A stretch of DNA of 64,000 nt from Bacilli bacterium (GTDB taxonomy: Bacteria > Bacillota_I > Bacilli_A > RFN20 > CAG-826), in assembly GCA_045628045.1 (NCBI GenBank), contig JAZQOV010000006.1, positions 128,001-192,000 on the forward strand. Direction: 5' to 3'. Below the pieces are notes generated by a model. It ran no database searches, was not told the origin of the DNA, and worked only from the letters and a program-made list of their open reading frames with translations. The position numbers were made by a program, and so were the translations under genes. Of the stretch, positions 1 through 9,702 are shown piece after piece; the stretch's first letter is position 1, and each line of letters begins with the position of its first letter.

Positions 1-1
1 A

Positions 2-805
2 AACACTCGTTTAGCACTCGTTAATGAATCTTTTGTAATAGAAGATCAATTAATCACAAACACACCTTTAAATGATGAAAGAAAATTCATGGATAATTGT
101 CTTGAAATGATAGGCAAATTTCCACTTGAAAATGTTGTCGCAATTGGAGCAGGAGTTCCAGGCGTTGTCGATAGAGAAAAAGGCGTTATTTTAGACCTCC
201 CAAATGTGTATATAAAAAATGTTAAATTTTCAGAAGAAATTTTTAAAAAATATCATCTTCCAGTCTTCCTTAGAAATGATGCTGAGGTTGCATGTTTAGG
301 CGAAGCCTATTGTGGAGCTGGTAAGAAGTTTGATAGAGTGTTTTTTATCACTATTTCTACTGGTCTTGGCGGAGCACTTTGTGTTGATAAAAAATGTCAA
401 GATTATGTGACCGAAGTTGGGCATACTCTTTTTAGTTACAAAAACACTGTTCAAGAGTACTCAATAATCACTGGTAGAAAACTGGAAAATTTCGCTAAAC
501 TTAATGGCATAAATCTTTCTGAACCAAAAGAGATTTTTAAGTTAATGAGAAATGGTTCTAAACAAGGCGAAATGCTTAAAAAAGAATGGATTTCTATTCT
601 TGATTCCTTTATTAAATTAATGAAGAACTCTTATTTACCAGATGTCATTTGTATGACTGGCGGATTTATGAAAGATAAAGACTTATTTTTTGATGAAATC
701 ATCTCATTAAATAAAGATGTTTATATCACTGAATGTGAGTTCGAAACAAAGGCTGGAATTATTGGTGCTGCAGCATACGCAATGCAATGCTTAAAAATAA
801 TTTGA
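2..805 (+). CDS. ROK family sugar kinase, 5'-truncated by the window edge
   Basis: Frame is open from position 2 (NTRLALVNE...), upstream of the ORF-track ATG at 89; ROK motifs GVPGVVD, RNDAEVACLGE, ISTGLGG, EVGH, AGIIGAA. Confidence 0.85.
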   Translation, partial: NTRLALVNESFVIEDQLITNTPLNDERKFMDNCLEMIGKFPLENVVAIGAGVPGVVDREKGVILDLPNVYIKNVKFSEEIFKKYHLPVFLRNDAEVACLGEAYCGAGKKFDRVFFITISTGLGGALCVDKKCQDYVTEVGHTLFSYKNTVQEYSIITGRKLENFAKLNGINLSEPKEIFKLMRNGSKQGEMLKKEWISILDSFIKLMKNSYLPDVICMTGGFMKDKDLFFDEIISLNKDVYITECEFETKAGIIGAAAYAMQCLKII

Positions 806-830
806 TATTAATTCAAATTAGTAATACACT
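802..830 (+). promoter_or_regulatory. sigma-A promoter for the thrS leader
   Basis: TTGATA (802-807), 17 nt spacer, TACACT (825-830), directly before the T-box leader. Confidence 0.65.
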
Positions 831-836
831 ATATGT

Positions 837-1050
837 GCTAAGACGAAGACACGTTAAAGAAAACTTCTTATTTAGAGAGGGAACGTAAGGTGAAAGGTTC
901 CTATAAGAAATTCATTAATACCACTTCCGAGCTTCTATAAACCAATATAGACGAATAACTCCCGTTAAGAGTACTTGAGAGTATAACTTGTAGTTATAAA
1001 TTAAGGTGGTACCGCGTTAATAGCGTCCTTAAACAAGGGCGCTTTTTATT
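837..1050 (+). promoter_or_regulatory. T-box riboswitch (Thr) with intrinsic terminator
   Basis: AGAGAG box (874-879), GGTGAAA loop, specifier ACC (920-922), T-box AAGGTGGTACCGCG (1003-1016), terminator AGCGTCCTT-AAAC-AAGGGCGCT plus U-run (1022-1050), upstream of thrS. Confidence 0.92.
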
Positions 1051-1069
1051 TACTTTAGGAGGTAAAAAT

Positions 1070-2803
1070 ATGACCGACTTTGAAAAACTTAATCACTCAA
1101 CTTCTCACCTTATGGCTGAAGCAATTTCACACCTCTATCCAGGTGCAAAATTTGGCTTTGGTCCTGCAATTGAAGAAGGATTCTACTATGACGTAGACTT
1201 CCCAACTGCAATCACAGAAGAAGATCTTCCTGCAATTGAAAAAGAAATGCACAAGATTGCAGCAAAGAATGAAAAATTTGTAAAAGAAGTTGTCACAAAA
1301 GAAGAAGCAAAGAAATTATTTAAGGACAATCCTTATAAATTAGAATTAATCGATGGTTTTGAAGGTGAAATTTCCATCTATCGCCAAGGCGAATGGTTCG
1401 ATTTATGTAAAGGTGACCACGTTGAATCAACAGGAAAGATTCAAAACTTTAAACTAACCACAATTGCTGGTGCTTATTGGAGAGGTGACTCAAAAAATAA
1501 ACAACTTGTTAGAATTTACGGAACTTCTTGGCCATCAAGAAAAGAGCTTGAAGACTATTTAAAAATGATTGAAGAAAGAAAAGCAAGAGACCACAGAAAA
1601 CTTGGAAAAGAACTTGGTTTATTCATGCTTTCTGAATTTGGTCCAGGACTTCCATTCTGGCTTCCAAACGGTATGATTGTTCGTACTGAACTCGAAAATA
1701 TGTGGAAAGAGGTTCATAGAAAATATGATTACATGTTAGTAGATACACCAATTATGCTTTCCAAAGAACTTTGGATTACATCTGGTCACTGGGATCACTA
1801 CAAAGACAACATGTTCACCACCGAAGTTGAAGAAAAAGAATTTGCTATTAAACCAATGAACTGCCCAGGTTCAATTCTTTGTTATAAGAATGATTTACAT
1901 TCTTATCGTGAGCTTCCACTTCGTTATGCTGAGCTCGGGCACGTTCATAGATTTGAAGCATCAGGCGCATTAAACGGACTCTTCCGTGTGCGTGGATTTA
2001 CTCAAGATGATGCCCATACATTTGTTCGTCCAGATCAAATTGAATCTGAAATTAGATCGATCTTGAAACTTTATGATGAAATCTATTCAATGTTTGGTCT
2101 TGAATACAAAATTGAATTATCAACTCGTCCAGAAGAAGGCTACATTGGCTCAATTGATATTTGGAACGAATCTGAAAGAATTCTTAAAGAAGTTTGCGAA
2201 GCAAGCGGTAAAGAATTTAAGATCAATCCAGGTGATGGCGCATTCTATGGTCCAAAACTTGACTTCAAAGTTAGAGACTGTATGAACCGTGTATGGCAAT
2301 GTGGAACAATTCAACTCGATATGAACTTACCAGAAAGGTTCGATGTTTCTTACATTGATGAAAAAGGTGAAAAAGCTCGTCCAGTTATGATCCACCGTGC
2401 TTGCTTTGGTTCAATTGAAAGATTCATCGGAATTATTATTGAAAACTTTGACGGAGCATTCCCACTTTGGATGTCTCCAGAGCAAGTTAGAGTTCTTCCA
2501 GTTAACAACGATTTCCATCTTGAAAAAGCAACTGAAATTGTTAATTCATTAAAGAAACTTGGCATTCGTGCATCTTTAGATGCAGGTGAAGACAAGCTTG
2601 GCTATAGAATGAGAAATGCTCAAGTTAAGAAAGTTCCTTACACCGTTGTCATTGGTGACCACGAAAGAGATGAAGGAACTGTCACATATCGTCACTTTGG
2701 TTGCAAAGCTCAACACACTGTTAAACTTGAAGAATTCGTCGAAATGTTAAAAGGCGAAATTTCTTCAAGAGCCTTGCCAAAATACGAAGAAGATCAAAAA
2801 TAG
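1070..2803 (+). CDS. thrS: Threonine--tRNA ligase, short form lacking the N-terminal TGS domain
   Basis: HSTSHLMA editing motif, KPMNCP, RVRGFTQDDAH, GAFYGPK, QCGTIQLD; SD AGGAGG; preceded by Thr T-box. Confidence 0.98.
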   Translation: MTDFEKLNHSTSHLMAEAISHLYPGAKFGFGPAIEEGFYYDVDFPTAITEEDLPAIEKEMHKIAAKNEKFVKEVVTKEEAKKLFKDNPYKLELIDGFEGEISIYRQGEWFDLCKGDHVESTGKIQNFKLTTIAGAYWRGDSKNKQLVRIYGTSWPSRKELEDYLKMIEERKARDHRKLGKELGLFMLSEFGPGLPFWLPNGMIVRTELENMWKEVHRKYDYMLVDTPIMLSKELWITSGHWDHYKDNMFTTEVEEKEFAIKPMNCPGSILCYKNDLHSYRELPLRYAELGHVHRFEASGALNGLFRVRGFTQDDAHTFVRPDQIESEIRSILKLYDEIYSMFGLEYKIELSTRPEEGYIGSIDIWNESERILKEVCEASGKEFKINPGDGAFYGPKLDFKVRDCMNRVWQCGTIQLDMNLPERFDVSYIDEKGEKARPVMIHRACFGSIERFIGIIIENFDGAFPLWMSPEQVRVLPVNNDFHLEKATEIVNSLKKLGIRASLDAGEDKLGYRMRNAQVKKVPYTVVIGDHERDEGTVTYRHFGCKAQHTVKLEEFVEMLKGEISSRALPKYEEDQK

Positions 2804-2832
2804 TTGACAACACTTATTAAGTGTAGTTAAAT
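2804..2832 (+). promoter_or_regulatory. sigma-A promoter of infC-rpmI-rplT
   Basis: TTGACA (2804-2809), 17 nt spacer, TTAAAT (2827-2832); G at 2840 is the likely +1. Confidence 0.65.
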
Positions 2833-2839
2833 AATTGTC

Positions 2840-2964
2840 GCAGATAACGTAGAAAGAAGAGCGCCCAACGCTTCTCACCAGATCGATTAATCGATTGGTA
2901 CATGCTACAGTCTAAAAACAAATTTTATGACTTTAGAACGGGCGCAATTCGTGCCCGTTTTCTT
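2840..2964 (+). promoter_or_regulatory. L20 ribosomal protein leader with attenuator
   Basis: AGAAG...CGCTTCTCACC core resembling the Firmicutes L20 leader; terminator AACGGGCGC-AATTC-GTGCCCGTT-TTCTT (2937-2964); sits before infC-rpmI-rplT. Confidence 0.85.
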
Positions 2965-2983
2965 GTGTTAGGAGGATAAATTT

Positions 2984-3538
2984 ATAAATAACTATCCAAA
3001 TCAAGGACAACAACGTCCACAAAAACAAAACCAAGATCTCATTAATGAAAGAGTAAGATTCCCAGAAGTTCTTCTTATTGGCGCAAATGGCGAACAATTA
3101 GGAAAGATGTCTTCTCGTGATGCTTACCAACATGCAGTTGAAGCTGATTTAGACCTCGTTTGTGTTGCTCCAAACGCACAACCACCAGTTTGTAAATTAC
3201 TAAACTATGGTAAATATCGTTATGAACAACAAAAGAAGGCTAAAGAATCTAAGAAAAATCAACATATCGTTGAAATAAAAGAAATTCAACTCACTCCACA
3301 AATTGGTCAACATGATATTGATACCAAAGCTAAGGCAGCAAGACGCTTCTTAGAAGATGGTAACAAAGTTAAAGTTGGCGTTAGATATCGTGGAAGACAA
3401 ATGTCACATGCTGAGATCGGTGAAGAAGTTATGAATAAATTTATTGCCTCACTTGAAGATGTTGCCTCTATTGAAAAGGCTCCATTTATGGAAGGCAAAT
3501 GGTTAAATGCAGTTTTAGCATCAAAATGTAAAAAGTAG
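2984..3538 (+). CDS. infC: Translation initiation factor IF-3, non-canonical ATA start
   Basis: SD AGGAGG 2970-2975, in-frame ATA at 2984; the extension encodes the conserved N-domain LINERVRFPEVLLIGANGEQLG missed by the ORF track; also PPVCKLLNYGKYRYE. Confidence 0.95.
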   Translation: MNNYPNQGQQRPQKQNQDLINERVRFPEVLLIGANGEQLGKMSSRDAYQHAVEADLDLVCVAPNAQPPVCKLLNYGKYRYEQQKKAKESKKNQHIVEIKEIQLTPQIGQHDIDTKAKAARRFLEDGNKVKVGVRYRGRQMSHAEIGEEVMNKFIASLEDVASIEKAPFMEGKWLNAVLASKCKK

Positions 3539-3550
3539 GAGGAAAACAGC

Positions 3551-3742
3551 ATGCCAAAAATGAAAACAAAAAGAGCACTTGCTAAAAGAGTCAAAGTTAC
3601 AGGCTCCGGTCAATTAAAAAGACACAGTGCTTACACATCACACCTTGCACCACGCAAGACAACAAAACAAAAAAGACATTTAAGAAAGGCTTCACTCGTC
3701 GATAAGACAGACTTAAAGAGAGTAAAGACTTTAATTCAATAG
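3551..3742 (+). CDS. rpmI: 50S ribosomal protein L35
   Basis: [20 protein letters not shown]; position between infC and rplT. Confidence 0.98.
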   Translation: MPKMKTKRALAKRVKVTGSGQLKRHSAYTSHLAPRKTTKQKRHLRKASLVDKTDLKRVKTLIQ

Positions 3743-3755
3743 GAGGTAGGTAACA

Positions 3756-4109
3756 ATGGCTAGAGTAAAAAACAGTGTTGCAACACGCGCACGTAGACAC
3801 AAAGTCTTAAAGAGAGCTAAAGGTTACTTCGGAAGTAAACACCTCTTATTCAAGACAGCAAAAGAACAAGTTCTCCACTCACTTCGTTATTCCTACAATG
3901 ACCGTAGAGATTTAAAGAGTGACATGAGAAAACTCTGGATCAAGAGAATCAACGCAGCTTGCCGTACATACGATATCAGCTACTCAAGATTCATCAATGG
4001 TCTTAACAAAGCAAACATCAAAGTTAATAGAAAGATGCTTGCAGAACTTGCAATTAACGATCCAAAAGCATTTGAAGATTTAGTAAAAATTGCAAAGAAA
4101 GCAAAATAA
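3756..4109 (+). CDS. rplT: 50S ribosomal protein L20
   Basis: MARVK...AKGYFG...[11 protein letters not shown]...NRKMLAELA. Confidence 0.98.
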   Translation: MARVKNSVATRARRHKVLKRAKGYFGSKHLLFKTAKEQVLHSLRYSYNDRRDLKSDMRKLWIKRINAACRTYDISYSRFINGLNKANIKVNRKMLAELAINDPKAFEDLVKIAKKAK

Positions 4110-4116
4110 ATTGCAC

Positions 4117-4144
4117 AAGGAACCGATTGGTTCCTTTTCTTTTT
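4117..4144 (+). terminator. Intrinsic terminator after rplT
   Basis: AAGGAACC-GATT-GGTTCCTT followed by T-rich run. Confidence 0.85.
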
Positions 4145-4169
4145 GGTTTGTATTTGTTATTATTAAAAT

Positions 4170-4715
4170 ATGAAACAAGATTTAAGAACATTTATTGGTA
4201 AAGACGAAAAAATATTATGGCAAGGAAAACCGGTTAAAAAGTGCTTTATTTTAGAAAGTATTATTAATCCACTTTTACCATTTGCTATTATCTGGGCATT
4301 AATTGATGGCTTAGTTATTTTTGAAACAGCATTTGCAGACAAAACTGCTGCCGCAATTATTCTTCCTTTCATGTTACTTCACATGATGCCTGTCTGGATT
4401 TATATCGGAAGTATTTTCTTTTGTTTAATTAGATATAAAAAATTCGATTATATTATTACAGACAAATGCGTCTATGTAGGCGCAGGCCTATTCTCATATC
4501 AATTTCAAATGAAATCATTTGCGGAATTAAATTCAATTTCAATGCATAGAGGAATATTTGACCAAATGTGTAAATGTGGAGATATTATTTTTGAAATCCC
4601 TGACGCTAAAATGCAAATAATAAACATTCCTGATTATCAAGAAGTTTATAAATTAATAATTGATCAACAACATAAAGTCCACCAAGATACACAATTTCCG
4701 AACAAACTTAGATAA
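4170..4715 (+). CDS. Membrane protein with bacterial PH-like domain
   Basis: EKILWQGKP N-terminus, two hydrophobic segments, YIITDKCVY and GIFDQMCKCGDI resembling bPH domains. Confidence 0.7.
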   Translation: MKQDLRTFIGKDEKILWQGKPVKKCFILESIINPLLPFAIIWALIDGLVIFETAFADKTAAAIILPFMLLHMMPVWIYIGSIFFCLIRYKKFDYIITDKCVYVGAGLFSYQFQMKSFAELNSISMHRGIFDQMCKCGDIIFEIPDAKMQIINIPDYQEVYKLIIDQQHKVHQDTQFPNKLR

Positions 4716-4717
4716 AT

Positions 4718-4747
4718 AAAAAAGCTCCCATAGGGAGCTTATTTTTT
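4718..4747. terminator. Bidirectional intrinsic terminator
   Basis: AAGCTCCC-ATA-GGGAGCTT flanked by A- and T-runs between convergent genes. Confidence 0.8.
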
Positions 4748-4754
4748 AGATTAT

Positions 4755-5369
4755 TTATTTTGCCTCAATCACGCCTTCCGATTCAGCCTTAACCTCATCG
4801 AAGAAATGGATTCTAGCCATTTGATGATATGGTTCAACCCATAAAAGTCCAATGCCAAAGCATAAAGAACCTAAAATATACCAACCAATAAATGATAAAT
4901 CTAAACAAAATAATTCCCATTTATGACCATTCATCATATTTCTAGATTTGGTTATAGCATCATTTGCAGAAATATTTATATCATCATTCATTATGAAAAA
5001 TGTCATTGCATAAGAATATGATTTAACAAGTCCAGGAATGACAAATAACATTGTCCACAAAGCTTCATAAATGGAAACTAATAATCCAGCGATTATATTT
5101 CTGCCAGCATCATTTTTAAAACCATCGACAATAACGTTTCCGATATCGACTTTAGTTGTCTCTTTTCTTGCCACTCTAATAAATCCTCTAGTCATAGCAT
5201 AGGTTAAAGGACCTAAAACAATTAATGTTCCTGCTATGGTAAAACCAAGCGCTGCTTCAATCAAGCTAACCACTAGTAGTGCAAGTAGTGCGTAAAGCCA
5301 AACATCACCAAATATTTTGTGACCAAGACTTTCGCGAGCTTTTGCTCTCAATTCTTTTGATTTACTCAT
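4755..5369 (-). CDS. DUF975 family membrane protein
   Basis: ELRAKARESL start, LWTMLFVIPGLVKSYSY, SRNMMNGHKWELFCLDLSFIGW, LWVEPY. Confidence 0.85.
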   Translation of the reverse strand: MSKSKELRAKARESLGHKIFGDVWLYALLALLVVSLIEAALGFTIAGTLIVLGPLTYAMTRGFIRVARKETTKVDIGNVIVDGFKNDAGRNIIAGLLVSIYEALWTMLFVIPGLVKSYSYAMTFFIMNDDINISANDAITKSRNMMNGHKWELFCLDLSFIGWYILGSLCFGIGLLWVEPYHQMARIHFFDEVKAESEGVIEAK

Positions 5370-5383
5370 AAATTTTCTCCTTT

Positions 5384-6556
5384 TTAAAATAAATCTTCTT
5401 TTTTAATATAAATCACTTCGACATTTTTAATTGCTTCCTCAATCATTGCTTCGTAGTCCCATTTGTTTTCATACTCTAGAACTTTATCAAGAGCAGGCTT
5501 TGTTTTAGGATTTTTTGGAGCAAAGATTGTACAACAATCTTCAAATGGTCGAATTGAGATATCATAGGTATCAAGCTTCTTTGCTAAATCAATAATATCA
5601 GTCTTATCATAACACACAACAGGTCTAAGAACTGGAATATTTGTAACTGCATTAATTACATTCATTGAATCAAGCGTTTGAGATGCAACTTGACCAACGG
5701 ATTCTCCGCTAGAGATTGCAAGGCAACGTCTTCTTTTAGCCAAACGATCCGCAAGTCTAAACATCATTCTCCTCATAAGGGTGATTGCATAGCTTTCATC
5801 AGATTGTTTATAAATCTCTTCTTGAAGCTTAGTAAATGGAATTATATTTAACCTGATTTCTGGCTGATATTTATTCAATTTTCCCAGTAAATCCTTGAGT
5901 TTTTCAATAACTCCAGCGTTTGTGTATGGTGGGGACGCAAAATGAATGCACTCAATTTTTATTCCTCTTTTCATAAGAAGATATGCTGCAACTGGCGAGT
6001 CAATTCCACCACTTAACATATGCATAATTTTTCCACCTACGCCAAGTGGATAACCACCGACACCTTTGTAAGTGTGAGTGAAAACATAAGCTCCTTCTTC
6101 TCTAATCTCAATTGAAACTAAAATATCAGGATTATGAACATCAACCTTTAATTCCGTGTTCTGGAGAATGACTTTTGCAATTTCACGATTTATTTGATCT
6201 GAAACAATTGGATATTTTTTATTTGCCCTTTTTGAGTGAACTTTAAATGTTTTGCCTTCTTCTTGTTTTACAAGTTCAAGACAAACATTGCGAAGATTTT
6301 CGATGTCTTCATTAGTTTTTAAAACTAATGACAAGGCTTGAATTCCTGACACATCTTTCAAAATTTCAATAATTGGTTCTGGCTCATTATCATTGAGTTT
6401 TACATAAATATGATCGTATTGAGAAATAATTTCAAGACCGGAAAAATCGCTTAAAGCTGCACGAATATTTTTTGCTAAAACTTTAATGAATTCTTTTTTA
6501 TTTTTGCCTTTGGTAGACAATTCTCCAAAGCGCACCATTATGTGATCGTATTTCAT
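5384..6556 (-). CDS. thiI: tRNA 4-thiouridine synthase ThiI (no rhodanese domain)
   Basis: RFGELSTKGKNK, THUMP region, PP-loop LSGGIDSPVA, GESVGQVASQTL, EDCC. Confidence 0.97.
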   Translation of the reverse strand: MKYDHIMVRFGELSTKGKNKKEFIKVLAKNIRAALSDFSGLEIISQYDHIYVKLNDNEPEPIIEILKDVSGIQALSLVLKTNEDIENLRNVCLELVKQEEGKTFKVHSKRANKKYPIVSDQINREIAKVILQNTELKVDVHNPDILVSIEIREEGAYVFTHTYKGVGGYPLGVGGKIMHMLSGGIDSPVAAYLLMKRGIKIECIHFASPPYTNAGVIEKLKDLLGKLNKYQPEIRLNIIPFTKLQEEIYKQSDESYAITLMRRMMFRLADRLAKRRRCLAISSGESVGQVASQTLDSMNVINAVTNIPVLRPVVCYDKTDIIDLAKKLDTYDISIRPFEDCCTIFAPKNPKTKPALDKVLEYENKWDYEAMIEEAIKNVEVIYIKKEDLF

Positions 6557-7674
6557 TTTATTGTCTCCAAAATATTTTTAAGTTCTTCGATAAAATTATG
6601 AAGTTCATCCATAGTTGTCGAAGTTGACATTGAAACTCTTATCGTATTATGAGCACGCAACTCATCTTTTCCTAATGCACTTACTACGTAAGAAGAAGCT
6701 TCGCCCTTTGAATTACAAGCACTAACTGAACTCACAAAAATATTCTTATTTGATAAAGCTTCAACAACAACAGAAGCTTTTTTCTCTAATAATGAGAAAT
6801 TAACAATAAATGTTGAGCCTTTTTCGCTTGAATTAAGTTCAACACCGTTAATGTTTTTAAGTTCATTTATTAAATAAGTTTGCTTTTCCTTCATGTTTTT
6901 AAGTGGATATGAAAGCTTAATTGCTTTAGCAAGAGAACATGCTAAGGCGATAGAAACGGTTCCACTTCTATTTCCTTCTTCTTGTCCACCACCACTTAAT
7001 ACTGGATCAAATGAAATTGAATTTTTCGCAATTAAAGCGCCAGATCCTTTTAAGCCATGAATTTTATGTGAAGAAACAACAAACATATCAATATCATTAA
7101 AATCTAAAGGGGTTTTTCCAATATCTTGAGTTGTGTCAACATGAAAAACAGCTTTAGGATTTTTATGAACAATTTTTGATAATTCTTTAATGTTATTTAT
7201 TGAACCAATTTCATTGTTCGTGCCCATGATAGAAACAAGAACGGTGTCTTTTCTCATCGAATTTTCTAATACTTTTGGTTCTACTACTCCATCTCCGTTT
7301 ACCTTAAGGTAAGTTACTTCAAAACCTTCTTTTTCTAAAGCCTTAAAACATTCTAAAACAGAAGGATGTTCAATGTTAGAAGTAATAAGGTGTTTTCCTC
7401 TAGAAGAATATTTTCTAGCATAGCCTTTTATTGCTAAGTTATTTGCTTCAGTAGAACAACTTGTGAAGTAAACTTTATAATTTTTTAATCCAAATGTATG
7501 AAGTATTGAGTCCCTAGCTTTATTTAAGTAATTTAAAGAATCAACACCGAGTTTATGAATTGAACCACTATTGCCAAAGTGATTAATTTCAATGTCATTA
7601 TATAAAGCGACAACCTCCTTATTTGGGATAGTTGTCGCAGCGTTATCTAAATAAATAACTTTGTTATCTGCCAT
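6553..7674 (-). CDS. Cysteine desulfurase (IscS/NifZ type, partner of ThiI)
   Basis: YLDNAATT, TEANN, EHPSV, SSHKIHGLKG, RSGT, SACNS; ezrA-nifZ-thiI order as in Bacilli. Confidence 0.93.
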   Translation of the reverse strand: MADNKVIYLDNAATTIPNKEVVALYNDIEINHFGNSGSIHKLGVDSLNYLNKARDSILHTFGLKNYKVYFTSCSTEANNLAIKGYARKYSSRGKHLITSNIEHPSVLECFKALEKEGFEVTYLKVNGDGVVEPKVLENSMRKDTVLVSIMGTNNEIGSINNIKELSKIVHKNPKAVFHVDTTQDIGKTPLDFNDIDMFVVSSHKIHGLKGSGALIAKNSISFDPVLSGGGQEEGNRSGTVSIALACSLAKAIKLSYPLKNMKEKQTYLINELKNINGVELNSSEKGSTFIVNFSLLEKKASVVVEALSNKNIFVSSVSACNSKGEASSYVVSALGKDELRAHNTIRVSMSTSTTMDELHNFIEELKNILETIK

Positions 7675-9373
7675 TGTTTTCCTTAATCTTTTTAAGAATA
7701 TTTCCGCTCATCTTGTAAGCTTCTTCGAATTCGCCATTATTGAAACATGTTTCAGCTTGAGCAACAAGGTTATCAATGTCTGCTAAATGATAACGATGTC
7801 TATTTGCGAATAAAATTGCGTTTTCTGCAAGCATCATCATGTTGTAATCTTGCGCAACATCTCCATCATCAACAATAGCATTTGCGATATTGAAGAATTC
7901 GTGTTGTAAATTATTGACTTCATCAATATCTATTGGACTTGTCACTAAGCCTTGATAAATTTTATTTAACAATTCGTATAATGTATCAAATTTTGGATTG
8001 TATTTTTCAGACACCTTTGTGTTATTCATTTTACGAACCTGAAATTCAGCATTTTTTACCTTAGTATAGAATTCAAATACAGTTCTATATGCTGTTTCGG
8101 CATCTACTTTTAATGAAGCAATATATGAATTAAATTCATCTATATCAGAAATGATAGTATTTGAAGCATTTGAAAGTTCATTCATCTTATTAAGAAGCAA
8201 TGTATAAGGTTGCTTTGTTGTTGAATGAATGTAAGTATCCAACGAACGTTTTAAAGCTCCAACTTTGTTGATGTTGCTTTGAATTTCATTAATTTTGGTT
8301 TTGTGTTCTTCATTAATATTGAAATATTTGCTAACTTCAGGAATTGTGTTTCTCAATTTAATAAAGTTTCTTTCAATAAGATTGACAGTGCTATAAACGT
8401 TTTCGTTATTGTTTTCAAATTGTTCTCTAGCATTTTTCTCTTCATCAAATTGGGTGAAGAAAGAATCAAGTTTATTATTCATTTCCTCAAATTTTTGAGC
8501 TAAACCACCAATTTCAAATCGTTTAATTTGTTTAACATATTCCTCAAGTCTTGCTTCAGATTCTTCAATTGTTTGGACAACACAAAGATGATAAAGAGGA
8601 TATTTCTCATCAACGAGTTGCTTATGGGCTGTTTTAACAGATTCAATTTTCTCAGGAAGTACAGTTGCAGCCATTGTGCATAATGCAGGTAGGTCGCTCA
8701 TGTGCGTAGTAAGTTCATGAAGAATTTGATCGATTGTCGGAAGAATTGTATTTGCTTCATCATATTGAGCAGATTCAACAAGGCCTTCAAAAGTTTCAAA
8801 TTTTTCGTCAATAAATTTGAAAATTTCATCAAATGATGAAGCCATGAGTGCAAGTTCAGATTCCTTTGAATAGTAATCTTGTTTAATGCGGCGAAGTTGT
8901 TCTTTAAAAGAAAGAGCGCTTTGACGGCAATCTTCCTCTGGTTTTACAACCTTTAAAAGATCATCATTAAGTGTATTAACTAATTCGTCATATTCATCAA
9001 CAATTTTATAAATTCTTGGAAGAGCTTCTTTGTAGGCTGAGTAATCTTTTGCATCAAGGAAATCTCTTAATGAAGCAATTGCTTGTTCTGCGTCACCATC
9101 GTTTTTGTTTTTAATTTCCTTAAAACGTTTCAAATATCTTGAATGAGTTTCAACATATAAAAGGTTTGTTCTTGAAATAATTTCGAGTCTTTTAACGTAT
9201 TGAGCAACTTGTCCTATCAATAAAGCATGTAAAAATTGAACTCGTCTATCAAGTTCACGAATTTGTTTTTTTGCGATTTTCTCTCTTAAAACGAAGAAAT
9301 ATATAACTAAAAAGCCTGCTGTTAAGACTCCAAGAGACCCTAACGCTATTCCAATAATTGCACCAGTATTCAT
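7664..9373 (-). CDS. ezrA: Septation ring formation regulator EzrA
   Basis: N-terminal TM, ~570-aa helical repeat body, C-terminal AENAILFANRHR (QNR-patch-like); conserved position divergent from rpsD. Confidence 0.88.
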   Translation of the reverse strand: MNTGAIIGIALGSLGVLTAGFLVIYFFVLREKIAKKQIRELDRRVQFLHALLIGQVAQYVKRLEIISRTNLLYVETHSRYLKRFKEIKNKNDGDAEQAIASLRDFLDAKDYSAYKEALPRIYKIVDEYDELVNTLNDDLLKVVKPEEDCRQSALSFKEQLRRIKQDYYSKESELALMASSFDEIFKFIDEKFETFEGLVESAQYDEANTILPTIDQILHELTTHMSDLPALCTMAATVLPEKIESVKTAHKQLVDEKYPLYHLCVVQTIEESEARLEEYVKQIKRFEIGGLAQKFEEMNNKLDSFFTQFDEEKNAREQFENNNENVYSTVNLIERNFIKLRNTIPEVSKYFNINEEHKTKINEIQSNINKVGALKRSLDTYIHSTTKQPYTLLLNKMNELSNASNTIISDIDEFNSYIASLKVDAETAYRTVFEFYTKVKNAEFQVRKMNNTKVSEKYNPKFDTLYELLNKIYQGLVTSPIDIDEVNNLQHEFFNIANAIVDDGDVAQDYNMMMLAENAILFANRHRYHLADIDNLVAQAETCFNNGEFEEAYKMSGNILKKIKENNGR

Positions 9374-9510
9374 TTTATCTACCTAATTTCGTGAATATTC
9401 TATCATATTACGATTATGTTTTTAAACAAAAAACACTCAATAAATAAACTTTATATTGATATTATAGATGAAATTTGATGGTTAATATCTATATTAAATT
9501 ACAATTTTTG

Positions 9511-9539
9511 TTGACAAGAATATTACACTAGTTAATAAT
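9511..9539 (+). promoter_or_regulatory. sigma-A promoter of rpsD
   Basis: TTGACA (9511-9516), 17 nt spacer, AATAAT (9534-9539); G at 9547 is the likely +1. Confidence 0.7.
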
Positions 9540-9546
9540 ATTAACC

Positions 9547-9682
9547 GCATTGTTGCAGCATGTAATTACAGCTCGACTGATGTCCTAACTATCGTGGATA
9601 AGTAGCCAATGCTCATAGGTGAAAGTCAAATTCAGGTACATCCGGAGTAAGGAAATTACACCTCTTGCTAAATAATGCATTT
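9547..9682 (+). promoter_or_regulatory. S4 (rpsD) ribosomal protein leader RNA
   Basis: ~150-nt 5' UTR with paired TGTAATT/AATTACA ends and GGTGA and GTAA elements resembling the Bacilli S4 autoregulatory leader. Confidence 0.65.
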
Positions 9683-9702
9683 AGTGAAAGGAGTCATATA
9701 TC

